Assembly: GCA_963823665.1 (NCBI GenBank)
Contig: CAWGMQ010000005.1
Span: 928,001-992,000 of the forward strand
Length of the DNA stretch: 64,000 bases
Source of the DNA: an uncultured Planctomycetota bacterium
GTDB lineage: Bacteria > Planctomycetota > Planctomycetia > Isosphaerales > Isosphaeraceae
Reading direction: 5' to 3'
In this document: in pieces, positions 55,401 to 64,000 of the stretch
Layout of the letters: the number at the start of each line of letters is the position of its first letter
Position numbering within the stretch: the stretch's first letter is position 1
Program-made: the position numbers and the translations under genes
Notes under the pieces: generated by a model
Database searches by the model: none
Told to the model about the DNA's origin: nothing
The model's input: the letters and a program-made list of their open reading frames with translations, nothing else

Positions 55401-55962
55401 CCGTCCGGTACGTCCTGCGAGGCTACTCCGACTGGGTACACGACCTGGCACTCAGCCCCGATGGCCGGACCCTCGCTTCCGCGAGCTACGACAAGACGTG
55501 CATCCTCTGGGACCTGACCGCCAGGCAGCCCCGCGTGACGCTCCGGGGACATACCAACCGGCTTAACACTGTCGTTTTCAGCCCGGACGGCCGGATCGTC
55601 GCGACGGCGTCCGACGACAACACGGTACGGCTGTGGGACGCCGCCGCCGGCTCGCCTGGAGGTGTCCTCGTCGGGCACATCGAGCGGGTCGAAGGCCTCG
55701 CATTCTGCCCCGACGGCCGGCTGGCCTCATCCGCTGGGAACGGACCATCCGGCTCTGGGATCCAGCCAGCGGGCAGACTCTGCTGATCCTCAAAGGACAC
55801 GCGGGGCTGATCCGGTGCATTAAGTTCAGCCCCGACGGCCGGACCCTCGCCTCGGCCAGCTACGACCGAACCGTGAAGCTCTGGGAAGCCGCCCCCGCGG
55901 CCGCCGGCAACGAGGCTGCGCCGGACAGCAATACCGAGGCGGCCAGCGCATCCATCCCTTAG
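52411..55962 (+). CDS. Zinc-finger / Ser-Thr kinase / TM / WD40-repeat protein 1, frameshifted near 53670, 54760 and 55735
   Basis: HLGDCPAC; GRGGMGVVY, ALK, HRDLKPAN, DFG, GTPGYMSPE; many GH...FSPDG...WD repeats. Confidence 0.85.
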
Positions 55963-56004
55963 GCGATTCTTTTTTGGGACGCGGCGGCGGCGTACGGCCG
56001 CCCG

Positions 56005-59000
56005 ATGAACCGAGACAGGCTTGTCATAACCGAGGCCCCATTGAACCATCTCGATGATAAAGCGTTGCGTGCGCTCTCCTCAGGCCAACTCACCGAGGCG
56101 GAGCTGGCTCATGTCTCCGCCCACCTGGGAGAGTGTCCGGATTGCTGTAGCTGCATCGACCAGATATCCACCGACGATCGGCTGCTGGCGCGGCTCCAGC
56201 AAACCGCTGCCAGCCGGGCAGAGGTGCTTGTCACCCCGGCCCAGCGCCGCTCGGCGGTTCGCGCCTTGCGCCAGGCGAGCGAATCCGCGTCTGCCACACG
56301 TCTAAAAGACCGGGAGGCCGCGCCGGTGATTCTCGCCGCCCCCACGCAGGTCGGGGACTACGACATCCTGGCCGAAGTCGGGCGCGGGGGCATGGGGGTG
56401 GTGTACAAGGCGCGACACCGGGGCCTCCACCGGCTGGCCGCCCTGAAAATGGTGCTGGCGGGCGAGTTCGCCTCCCCCACCCAGGAGCTGCGGTTCCGGC
56501 TCGAGGCCGAGCTGGCGGCGCGGGTGCAGCACCCCAACATCGTGCAGGTCTACGAGATCGGCAGCTACGCTGGCCGGACTTTCCTGGCCCTGGAGTGGGT
56601 CGAAGGCGACAGTCTGGCGAACCGGCTGGATGGTAAGCCCTGGCCGCCGGGCGAGGCGGCCGCACTCATCGAGACCCTGGCCCGTGCCGTTAACGTGGCG
56701 CACGGCGAAGGAGTCGTCCACCGGGACCTGAAACCGGCGAACATCTTGTTGTCCACTGTCCGTGATCCGTTGTCCGTTGTCCAAGACGAAAAGGCAGCCT
56801 CCTCCGGTCTGTTCACTGAAAACGGACAACTCGCATCGATTCCCAAGCTCACCGACTTTGGCCTTGCCCAGCCGATTGAAGGCGGCCAGACGCTGACGCA
56901 GAGTGGTTTTCTGGTCGGCACGCCGGGGTACATGGCCCCCGAGCAGGCCAGCGGCAAGCGCGCCCTCGTGGGGCCGGCGACGGACATCTACGCCCTGGGC
57001 GTGATGCTCTATCAGCTCCTCACTGGGCAACTGCCGTTTCAGCGCGACAGCACCCTCGAGCTGCTGCGGGCGGTGACGTTTGACGAGCCGACCCGGCCGC
57101 GCCACCTCGAGCCCGGCTTACCGCGCGACCTGAAAGCGATCACGCTGCACTGTCTCGAGAAGGAGCCCAGCCGCCGTTACCCCAGCGCCCTGGCGCTGGC
57201 CGAAGACCTGGAGCGCTTCCGGGAGGGGAAGCAAGTCTTGGCGCGGCCGGTGGGGGCGGTCGCGCGGCTGGCCCGTGCGTGCCGGCGCCGGCCGCTCGTC
57301 GCGCTGTTGCTCGCCCTTCTCGCCGTCTCCCTTTCGGGAGGACTCGCTGGGGTTACCTGGAAATGGCTGGATGCGAACGAACAACGGGACCTGGCGAACA
57401 AACAACGGGACCTGGCGAACGAACAACGGGACCTGGCAAGCGACCACGCGCGGCGAGCGGACGCCGAGAAACAGGCGGCCCAGTACCAGGCCTACCGGGC
57501 CTCCCTGGCCGCCGCCAGCGCGGCGCTGGAGAACCACGACGTGGCCGACGCTGGCCGACACCTCACAGGAGCGCCGGAGGCTCTGCAGGGTTGGGAATGG
57601 CGGCATCTGCGCAGCCGGCTCGATGACAGCTCTGCGGTGGTGCCGTTGCCCGCCGGGGGGAATGCCTTCCTGATCGCCACCCCGGATCAGCTCCGGATCG
57701 GGGTCTTGACCAGCGCCGGCTTGCGCATCACCGACCTGGGGGCGCGAGCAGAGGACAGTGCCGATAGGCCCCGAACGCAGGCGTGGTGTAAGCGTCGCCC
57801 AGACCCGCCGCGGCCTTCGGGTCGCCGCCTGGGTCGATGACGCGACCTTTGACTTGCTCGACGAGGCCGGGCAGGTCCTTTGTCGCGTGGTCAGGCCGGA
57901 CGCCGACGGAGGGCCGGTTGGCGTCGTCGTGAGCCCAGACGGCACCCGGCTGGCGTGTTTGACTGGGGAGGGAGGGACGCAGCTCTCAGTGTTTGACGCG
58001 ACCTCGGGGAAGCTAACGGCCATTTGCAAGCGCCGCCTCGCCGGTGTCTGGACTTACGCCTTCAGCCCGGACGGCACGCGGCTTACCTCGGGCAGCGAAG
58101 ATGGAACAGCGTGTGTGTGGGAAGCGGCCACCGGCAACCTGCTGGCCACCTGCCGGGGCCACACCAGCACGGTCCAGAGCGCCACTTTCAGCCCCGATGG
58201 CACACGCCTGTTGACGGCTTCGGCAGACGGGACGGTGCGGCAGTGGGACGCCCGGACGGGCCAGTTGCTCGAGCCGCCTTACGACCGCCATGGCGTCAAT
58301 CTCTACTCAGCCGTCTACAGCCCGGACGGGCAGTGGATTGCCTCCTCGGGTGAGGACCGTACCATCCGGGTGTGGCGGTCGCGGGACCGGCAGGACGTGG
58401 CGGTCCTGCACGGCCACACGGGGACCGTTTGCGAGGTAGCGTTCGCCCCGGGCGGGCGCCGGCTCGCCTCCCGTAGCATCCGGTTCGGGCCTATCACTCG
58501 GTGGGACGACTCAGTGCGGGTCTGGGACGTGGACCCCGACGCGACCCTGCCAGTGCTTCGCGGCCACACCAAAGCACGTCTACCCGGTGGCCTAGAGCCC
58601 GGACGGCCGCTGGCTGGCCTCGGGGAGCTGGGACAGAACTGTGCGCTTGTGGGACGCGGCGACCGGCGAGCGCTGCGCGATCTTGTCCCACCCTTCCTCC
58701 GTATCCGGGTTGGGCTTCGGGCCCGATGGAACCTGGCTGGCGACGGCCTGCCGGTCGGATGACCGGCTGCGAATCTGGGACGTGGCGACCGCTCGGCGTC
58801 GCAAAGAAATCCCCGTCCACGGCGGGAACGTCCGCTTCCACTCGCTGAGGGTCAGTCCGGACGGAACAAGAGTGGCTGCGACGGCGGAGGACGGAGGGTA
58901 CGAAAATCTTCGCCTGACCGTGTGCGACATCGCGACCGACAAGCCGCTCTTCTCGAGCAAAGGCCTGGCTCTGGCGTACAGCCCGGACGGCCGTTGGCTG

Positions 59001-59654
59001 GCCGTCTGGGCGCCGGATGAGAAGACGGTGCTGCTCCTGGACGCGCGGACGCACGCGACGGTCGCTCGATTCAGCGGTCACGAGAACCTGGTCCTTCAGG
59101 CCGCTTTCAGTCCCGACAGCCGGCTTCTCGCCTCGTGCAGCGAAGATCGTACTGTCCGCTTATGGCAGATCGACAGCGGCGAGTGCCGCGTGCTGCACGG
59201 TCACACCGACGTTGTCTACGCGGTTGCTTTCCACCCCGACGGCACGCGCCTGGCCACCTCCGCCCGTGACGGGGCGGTCTGGCTGTGGGACCTGGCGCAG
59301 GCCGAGGAGGTGGTGCGGCTGCGCGGGCACATGAGCTTCGTCTGGTCGCTGGCCTTCAGCCCTGATGGCGCGACGCTGGCGTCCGGCTCCGGGGACGAAA
59401 CGATCCGCCTGTGGGATACAGCGCCCTTGAAGACGCGCTACCAGGCCCGGCTCGAGGCCGCCGCCTTGCGAGGGGAGGCCGAACGCCTGGTCGAGCAGTT
59501 GTGGCGCGAGAAGAACGACCCGGCCGAGGTCGTGAAAGCAATCCGGGGCGACCGAGTTCCGAGCGAGGCGCTGCGCCACGCGGCCTTGCGCGCCGTGCTG
59601 CGGCGGGCGCAATCGCCGGAAGCCGCCCCGGGTCATGCCCATGATCCGCCCTGA
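56005..59654 (+). CDS. Zinc-finger / Ser-Thr kinase / TM / WD40-repeat protein 2, frameshifted near 57742 and 58575, with an in-frame TAG at 58593
   Basis: Same kinase motifs and an N-terminal half closely similar to protein 1; WD40 repeats across three frames. Confidence 0.85.
57373..57438 (+). repeat. 21-bp tandem repeat x3 encoding AN[EK]QRDL heptads
   Basis: gcgaacgaacaacgggacctg repeated three times. Confidence 0.85.
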
Positions 59655-59839
59655 CTTCCCTGGACAGGCGGGTAAGAAGCACAATGCCCTGGCCGGACGT
59701 GCCGATGAGCTGATTCATTCGCTCCGCGCGGCATGCTGTTTTTCCCACGCTCGCTGTAACGCCAAAGCAATAACTATAATATGCTGGCCTCACGCCCGCG
59801 TCACGCATCACAAACGGGGAAAGGCCTCTTATGCCTCGG

Positions 59840-59982
59840 AGCGGCTGCGTGGCCACACCGACTACGTCCACGCCGTCGACTGGAGCCCGGACGGCACCCG
59901 GCTGGTGTCCGGATCGGGCGACTTCACGGTGCGCATCCGGGACTCGCTGTCGCCGGCCGACCGGGCCAAAGAAAGTAAGTGA
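59840..59982 (+). pseudogene. Isolated terminal WD40 repeat remnant
   Basis: LRGHTDYVHAVDWSPDGTRLVSGSGDFTVRIRDSLSPADRA. Confidence 0.65.
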
Positions 59983-60039
59983 TAGTGTCTACATTCATTA
60001 CATCCCCTGCTCTGTCCCTGGCCGTCTCGCGGCCAAGAA

Positions 60040-60113
60040 TCGGGACGGCCGGATTCGAACCGGCGATCTCCTGCTCCCAAGGCAGGCGGATTACCAGACT
60101 TTCCTACATCCCG
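60040..60113 (-). tRNA. trnP: tRNA-Pro(TGG)
   Basis: CCTGC CTTGGGA GCAGG; body very similar to tRNA-Pro(CGG) at 22348. Confidence 0.9.
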
Positions 60114-60148
60114 ATCGACTCGGATCAAATCAAATCAACTCAACTCAG

Positions 60149-60222
60149 CAGCCCGTGAGGGAGTCGAACCCTCCTCCTCGCCTTGAAAGGGCGGAATCCT
60201 CAAACCGATAGACGAACGGGCC
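60149..60222 (-). tRNA. trnE: tRNA-Glu(TTC)
   Basis: CGCC CTTTCAA GGCG; GGTTCGACTCC. Confidence 0.85.
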
Positions 60223-60231
60223 GAATGGTAG

Positions 60232-60303
60232 TGGGCCGGGTGGCGCTCGAATCCACGTCTGCGGTATTTCAAACCGCTGCTAGACCATCTCAGCTACCGA
60301 CCC
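60232..60303 (-). tRNA. trnF: tRNA-Phe(GAA), atypical T-arm
   Basis: GCGGT TTGAAAT ACCGC; T-arm GTGGATTCGAGCGCCAC. Confidence 0.72.
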
Positions 60304-60408
60304 ATCGAGTGGTCGCGTCCTGCATTCTCACAGACGCACGGACACGGCATCGTGTTCGCGCGCTTTGCATTTTCTTGGAATCGCACTGCCCATTAGCACC
60401 TGGGCCGC

Positions 60409-61689
60409 TCAGGGCTGCGCCGGGCGGTCCAGCATGCGCGCTTCGCCGCCGACGCGAAGCCACGCCACCTTGAGATAGGCGCCCTCCAGAGCATCGATCG
60501 CCACCGGATGGTCGGGCGCTGCTCCTGTGAGCGCCAGAAGCTGCACTTCGCGCTCGGCATTGCGCGCGGCGGCGCCCAGGAGAGGCAGGAACTCTTCCAG
60601 GCCGAGCAGGCCCGAGCACGAGCAGCTTACGAGCAAGCCACCTTTCTCAACGAGCTTCATCGCCAGCACGTTGAGGTCGAAGTACTTTCGCTTGCCCGCG
60701 GAAATCTCCTCACGAGAGAGAATCAGCTTGGGAGGATCGAGCACCACAACGCCGTAGCTCTTGCCATTTTGCCCCATCTGGCGAGCATATCCGAATGCGT
60801 CAGCGTGAACGACGTCGAGACGCACGTTGTTGGCGTTGCCGTTCTCGCGGGCCAGAGCCACGGCTTTTTCGTCGAGGTCGACGCATGTGACTTCGCGGGC
60901 CGCCCCGCGGATCAATGCGTTCAAGCCGAATCCGCCGGTGTAACAGCACAGGTCGAGCACCGAGGCTCCGGCGCAGAAGTGGGCGATCTCCTTCCGGCTG
61001 TCGCGCTGGTCGCAGAAGAAGCCCGTCTTGTGGCCGCCGTCAAAATGAATGCGATAGCGGATTCCGTGCTCCTGCACCGTCACGCGGGGCGGCAGCCGCG
61101 GGCTGGCCAGCGGACGGCCTGAAAAGTCCTCTTGCTGCGCGACCCGTTCGTCGACGCCGACGCGGTAGTGCTTCGTGCCAAGCGCATCGGCACACAAGGC
61201 AAGGATCGGGCCGATCCGCTGATAGATCCCCAGGCTGAACACCTCGACTGAAAGGACGTCGTCAAAGCGGTCGACGATCAAGCCGGAGAGTCGATCCCCT
61301 TCGGCGTGGACGACACGGTAGGCGTTGGTTTCGCGCTCGAGATCGAGGACCTTCGTTCGCAGCGCGACAGCGTCGGCTATGCGGCCGCTCCAGAATTCCG
61401 GTCCGGGAGGCGTGGCCTGCCGCGACAAGAACCTGAGACTGATCTGCGAACGGCCGTTCCAGAGAGCGTAACCGAGCGGCACTCCGTGCCGGTCGACGAC
61501 GCGCACGATATCGCCGTGACTGGGAGCGGCGGCTCCGAGGGGGCCATCGAGCATCTTGCGATAAACGAATTGATGGGTTCCCGCCGCGCGGATCGCCATC
61601 GTTGGGGGCGGGTCGTCCGCCGCCAGACTCCGGTCAGGCACCGATTGGGGCGAGTCGACCGCCGAGCGGCGATACTTCGGGCGCGCCAT
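60409..61689 (-). CDS. rlmI: PUA-domain class I SAM-dependent rRNA methyltransferase (RlmI-like)
   Basis: YRVVHAEGDRLSGLIVDRF, GHKTGFFCDQR, VLDLCCYTGGF, VVLDPP, SCSCSG. Confidence 0.88.
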   Translation of the reverse strand: MARPKYRRSAVDSPQSVPDRSLAADDPPPTMAIRAAGTHQFVYRKMLDGPLGAAAPSHGDIVRVVDRHGVPLGYALWNGRSQISLRFLSRQATPPGPEFWSGRIADAVALRTKVLDLERETNAYRVVHAEGDRLSGLIVDRFDDVLSVEVFSLGIYQRIGPILALCADALGTKHYRVGVDERVAQQEDFSGRPLASPRLPPRVTVQEHGIRYRIHFDGGHKTGFFCDQRDSRKEIAHFCAGASVLDLCCYTGGFGLNALIRGAAREVTCVDLDEKAVALARENGNANNVRLDVVHADAFGYARQMGQNGKSYGVVVLDPPKLILSREEISAGKRKYFDLNVLAMKLVEKGGLLVSCSCSGLLGLEEFLPLLGAAARNAEREVQLLALTGAAPDHPVAIDALEGAYLKVAWLRVGGEARMLDRPAQP

Positions 61690-61695
61690 GCCGGG

Positions 61696-62043
61696 TCAAT
61701 CCTCGCTGTCGTCGCCGCCAAGATCGTCGTCGTCATCAATGTCGACGGAATCGGTCGTTCCTTGCCGCTTGAGCCGGCGCAGGCGGACGAGCAAAGCGGT
61801 CGCGTAACGGCCCACGGCGAGCTGCTTGGTGAGAACGTTGTCATCGAGCGCGCCCTGTGGAATCGCCGCCATCAACCGGTAGGCTCCGGTCAAACTTTCC
61901 CAACCGAAGGCGAACGCTCGATCGAGAGATTGCTGGTTGCCTCTGGTCTCTTTCAGAAGCCCGCGAGCTTTCTTCATGACGGCCTGAGCCTTCTGAAGGT
62001 CTCGGAGCGCCGCACCTGGGCTCATCTCGGCCATCGTTTCCAC
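61696..62043 (-). CDS. Hypothetical helical protein with acidic tail
   Basis: 115-aa ORF directly upstream of and co-oriented with rlmI. Confidence 0.7.
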   Translation of the reverse strand: METMAEMSPGAALRDLQKAQAVMKKARGLLKETRGNQQSLDRAFAFGWESLTGAYRLMAAIPQGALDDNVLTKQLAVGRYATALLVRLRRLKRQGTTDSVDIDDDDDLGGDDSED

Positions 62044-62156
62044 CTGTCCGGCCTCGTCAAGAGAAAGGTTCGGAATTCACTTTGTGTTCCGCAAGTCAAG
62101 GATATAGATTAGAAGGAAGTGGGAATTCGTACAATCACCTCCGGGAGCTGCGCGAG

Positions 62157-62501
62157 ATGGCCGGTGAGCAATATGCAACCGCGACTGTGGTCGAGCCCGA
62201 GGTTACGACCGAACAGAAAACCCGCCGTTTGCCGCCGTACAACGTGATCATCCTGGACGACCAGGATCACACGTTTCCCTACGTGATCGAGATGCTGATC
62301 AAACTCTTCCGGCACGACCATGCCAAGGCCGAAGAGCTGACCTGGCGTATTCACAACACCGGCAGGGCCGTCGTGTACACCACGCACAAAGAACTCGCGG
62401 AGATGAAGCGCGATCAGGTTATCGCTTTCGGCGCCGATCCGCTCAGCGCGACGTCGAAGGGCCCGATGCGGTGCTACGTTGAGCCGGCACCCCAGGAATG
62501 A
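62157..62501 (+). CDS. clpS: ATP-dependent Clp protease adaptor ClpS
   Basis: PPYNVIILDDQDHTFPYVIEML...IHNTGRAVV...ELAE. Confidence 0.9.
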   Translation: MAGEQYATATVVEPEVTTEQKTRRLPPYNVIILDDQDHTFPYVIEMLIKLFRHDHAKAEELTWRIHNTGRAVVYTTHKELAEMKRDQVIAFGADPLSATSKGPMRCYVEPAPQE

Positions 62502-62535
62502 TCGAAAGCGGCGCCGAAACACCCGGCGCGCCATC

Positions 62536-63402
62536 TCAACTGATTGACGCGGGCAGGCCGGTTGTGATGTCCGGGTAAATCAGCGTGACTCCAAGCCCGG
62601 CCTTCATTCGATGATTGGCGACGCGCTTGCTGGTTGCGTCCCGGCCATCGTCGAGGCTGCCGGCTCCGGGCGGCGCGAACGTGGGAGCCTGCGCATTGAG
62701 AAGGGTCGCCAGGAGTGAATAATACTCGAGCCGCGTAACGGGCCGGTCGTCACTGACGAGATAGACAGGGTCGGGCGAGGCAACCGAGAGCCCCTTGAGT
62801 GCCGCCGCCGCGGCATCTTCGATGTGGATTAGATTGAACATCTTGAGCGGGTCACCGGGAATAGGCTCGCCCCGTTCGATGAGCGCGCGTCTCACAACCC
62901 GCCCCGGACCATACAGGCCGGCGAAGCGCAGGGTCACGGCGGTGATGGTGCCGCCACGATTGAAGGTCCAGTCGCGCAGCCGTTCCTCCGCATCCAGACA
63001 AATCCTGCCGGATTCGGTGCGGGGAGAGGGTAGCGTGCGCTCGTCGACCCACTCGCCCTCCGATTGTCCGTAGACTCCCGTCGAGCTTGCGTAGACCAGT
63101 CGCGTGACCTGGCGTGGCAGGTGATCAAGTACGCTCAAGAGTCCGTCGACATAGACGGCCCGCATCAAAGGCCCCGCGGAGCGGTCGTATCCCACGCAGT
63201 AGAACACGCGATCGACGGCGGGCAGATTGCCCAGGGAGCCCGGGTTGAGCACGTCCACGATCAACGGCTCGACTCCCTGCGCCCGAAGCTCGGCGGCTCG
63301 GGCTTGCGAACGCACGGTGCCGTACACGGGCTCGCCGGCGTGTCGGAGCAACGCGCCCAGGCGTCCGCCGAGATAGCCACAGCCGATGATGAGCGTGGTC
63401 AC
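62536..63402 (-). CDS. NAD-dependent epimerase/dehydratase (atypical SDR)
   Basis: IIGCGYLG, YASSTGVYG, LRFAGLYGPGR, NLIHIEDAA. Confidence 0.88.
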   Translation of the reverse strand: MTTLIIGCGYLGGRLGALLRHAGEPVYGTVRSQARAAELRAQGVEPLIVDVLNPGSLGNLPAVDRVFYCVGYDRSAGPLMRAVYVDGLLSVLDHLPRQVTRLVYASSTGVYGQSEGEWVDERTLPSPRTESGRICLDAEERLRDWTFNRGGTITAVTLRFAGLYGPGRVVRRALIERGEPIPGDPLKMFNLIHIEDAAAAALKGLSVASPDPVYLVSDDRPVTRLEYYSLLATLLNAQAPTFAPPGAGSLDDGRDATSKRVANHRMKAGLGVTLIYPDITTGLPASIS

Positions 63403-63866
63403 GATGGGTTCTCATCCTGATCGGCCAGCGGTGCCGGCGCGGTCTCTTTCACGGGGCAGCCGGCATCCAGGAAGCCTTGAAGCATGATCTGTGCGGCGAG
63501 CTTATCGAGTCGCGCTTTCCGTTTCTTTTTGGTCAGCCCTGTGCCCAGCAGAGCGTGCTCGGCTTCGACCGACGAGTAACGCTCGTCGAAAAAGAACACA
63601 GGCCGGCCGGTGGTCGCGGCCAGCCACTCGCCGAACTCGCGGGCGCGAATGGCGATCGCACTTTCGCGTCCGCTCGTGTGCAATGGAAGACCGACCACAA
63701 TTCGCTCGACCTCGTTTTCGCGAACGAGCTCGCGATAGTAGCGCGCGTCGGCCACGGTACCGCGAGGCTCGTGGACTTCAACCGGGAACGCCATGGTCCG
63801 GCCGGGGTCCGAAAGGGCGATTCCAATTCGCCGCGTGCCGAAGTCGACGCCGAGGATTCGTGTCAT
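63399..63866 (-). CDS. ruvX: YqgF/RuvX family nuclease
   Basis: ILGVDFGTRRIGIALSD, VVGLP, DERYSS, DKLAAQIMLQ. Confidence 0.92.
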   Translation of the reverse strand: MTRILGVDFGTRRIGIALSDPGRTMAFPVEVHEPRGTVADARYYRELVRENEVERIVVGLPLHTSGRESAIAIRAREFGEWLAATTGRPVFFFDERYSSVEAEHALLGTGLTKKKRKARLDKLAAQIMLQGFLDAGCPVKETAPAPLADQDENPS

Positions 63867-64000
63867 GGACGCGTGAGCGATGAGTGCCACCGGCAGGTTG
63901 ATTTTCCTTGAAAGGCTATCGCCACCGGGCGATCAACCACATCATAGCGTTGCCACGCCCATTTCGCTGAAAGTTTCCGCAAGCCGCAAATCGTGCGCAG

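Noticed and set aside
52411..59654. Diversity-generating retroelement or shufflon explanation for the kinase duplication
   Set aside because: No reverse transcriptase, adjacent recombinase or adenine-specific variation seen.

Overview
GC-rich bacterial DNA, most likely from a planctomycete (inferred from LExRxLL export motifs, an ECF sigma factor paired with Ser/Thr kinases, and WD40 kinases). Left to right: (1) the truncated start of a HAF-repeat/Ig-like surface-protein gene; (2) an integrative element of about 20 kb encoding a DarB-like methylase-helicase, ParB, a soluble VirD4/TraD-like ATPase, a stand-alone copy of that ATPase's all-alpha domain, small proteins sharing a C-terminal tag, an excisionase and a tyrosine integrase. 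It ends inside a tRNA-Asp(GTC) cut after its anticodon arm; (3) a minus-strand array of 13 intact CCA-less tRNA genes plus the broken tRNA-Asp, 12 of which lie downstream of an apparent leader-peptide attenuator with alternative antiterminator and terminator folds; (4) a block of about 36 kb with a frameshifted giant adhesin-like gene (about 9,000 codons), an ECF sigma factor, two paralogous kinase-WD40 genes and several gene remnants; (5) three more array-type tRNAs, then core genes (rlmI-like, clpS, an SDR, ruvX). The strongest novel candidates are the attenuator on the tRNA array, the coupling-protein/decoy/tagged-substrate module, and an att site that looks like inverted integration through complementary GTC/GAC anticodon arms. 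All calls come from manual reading; no searches or folding programs were run.
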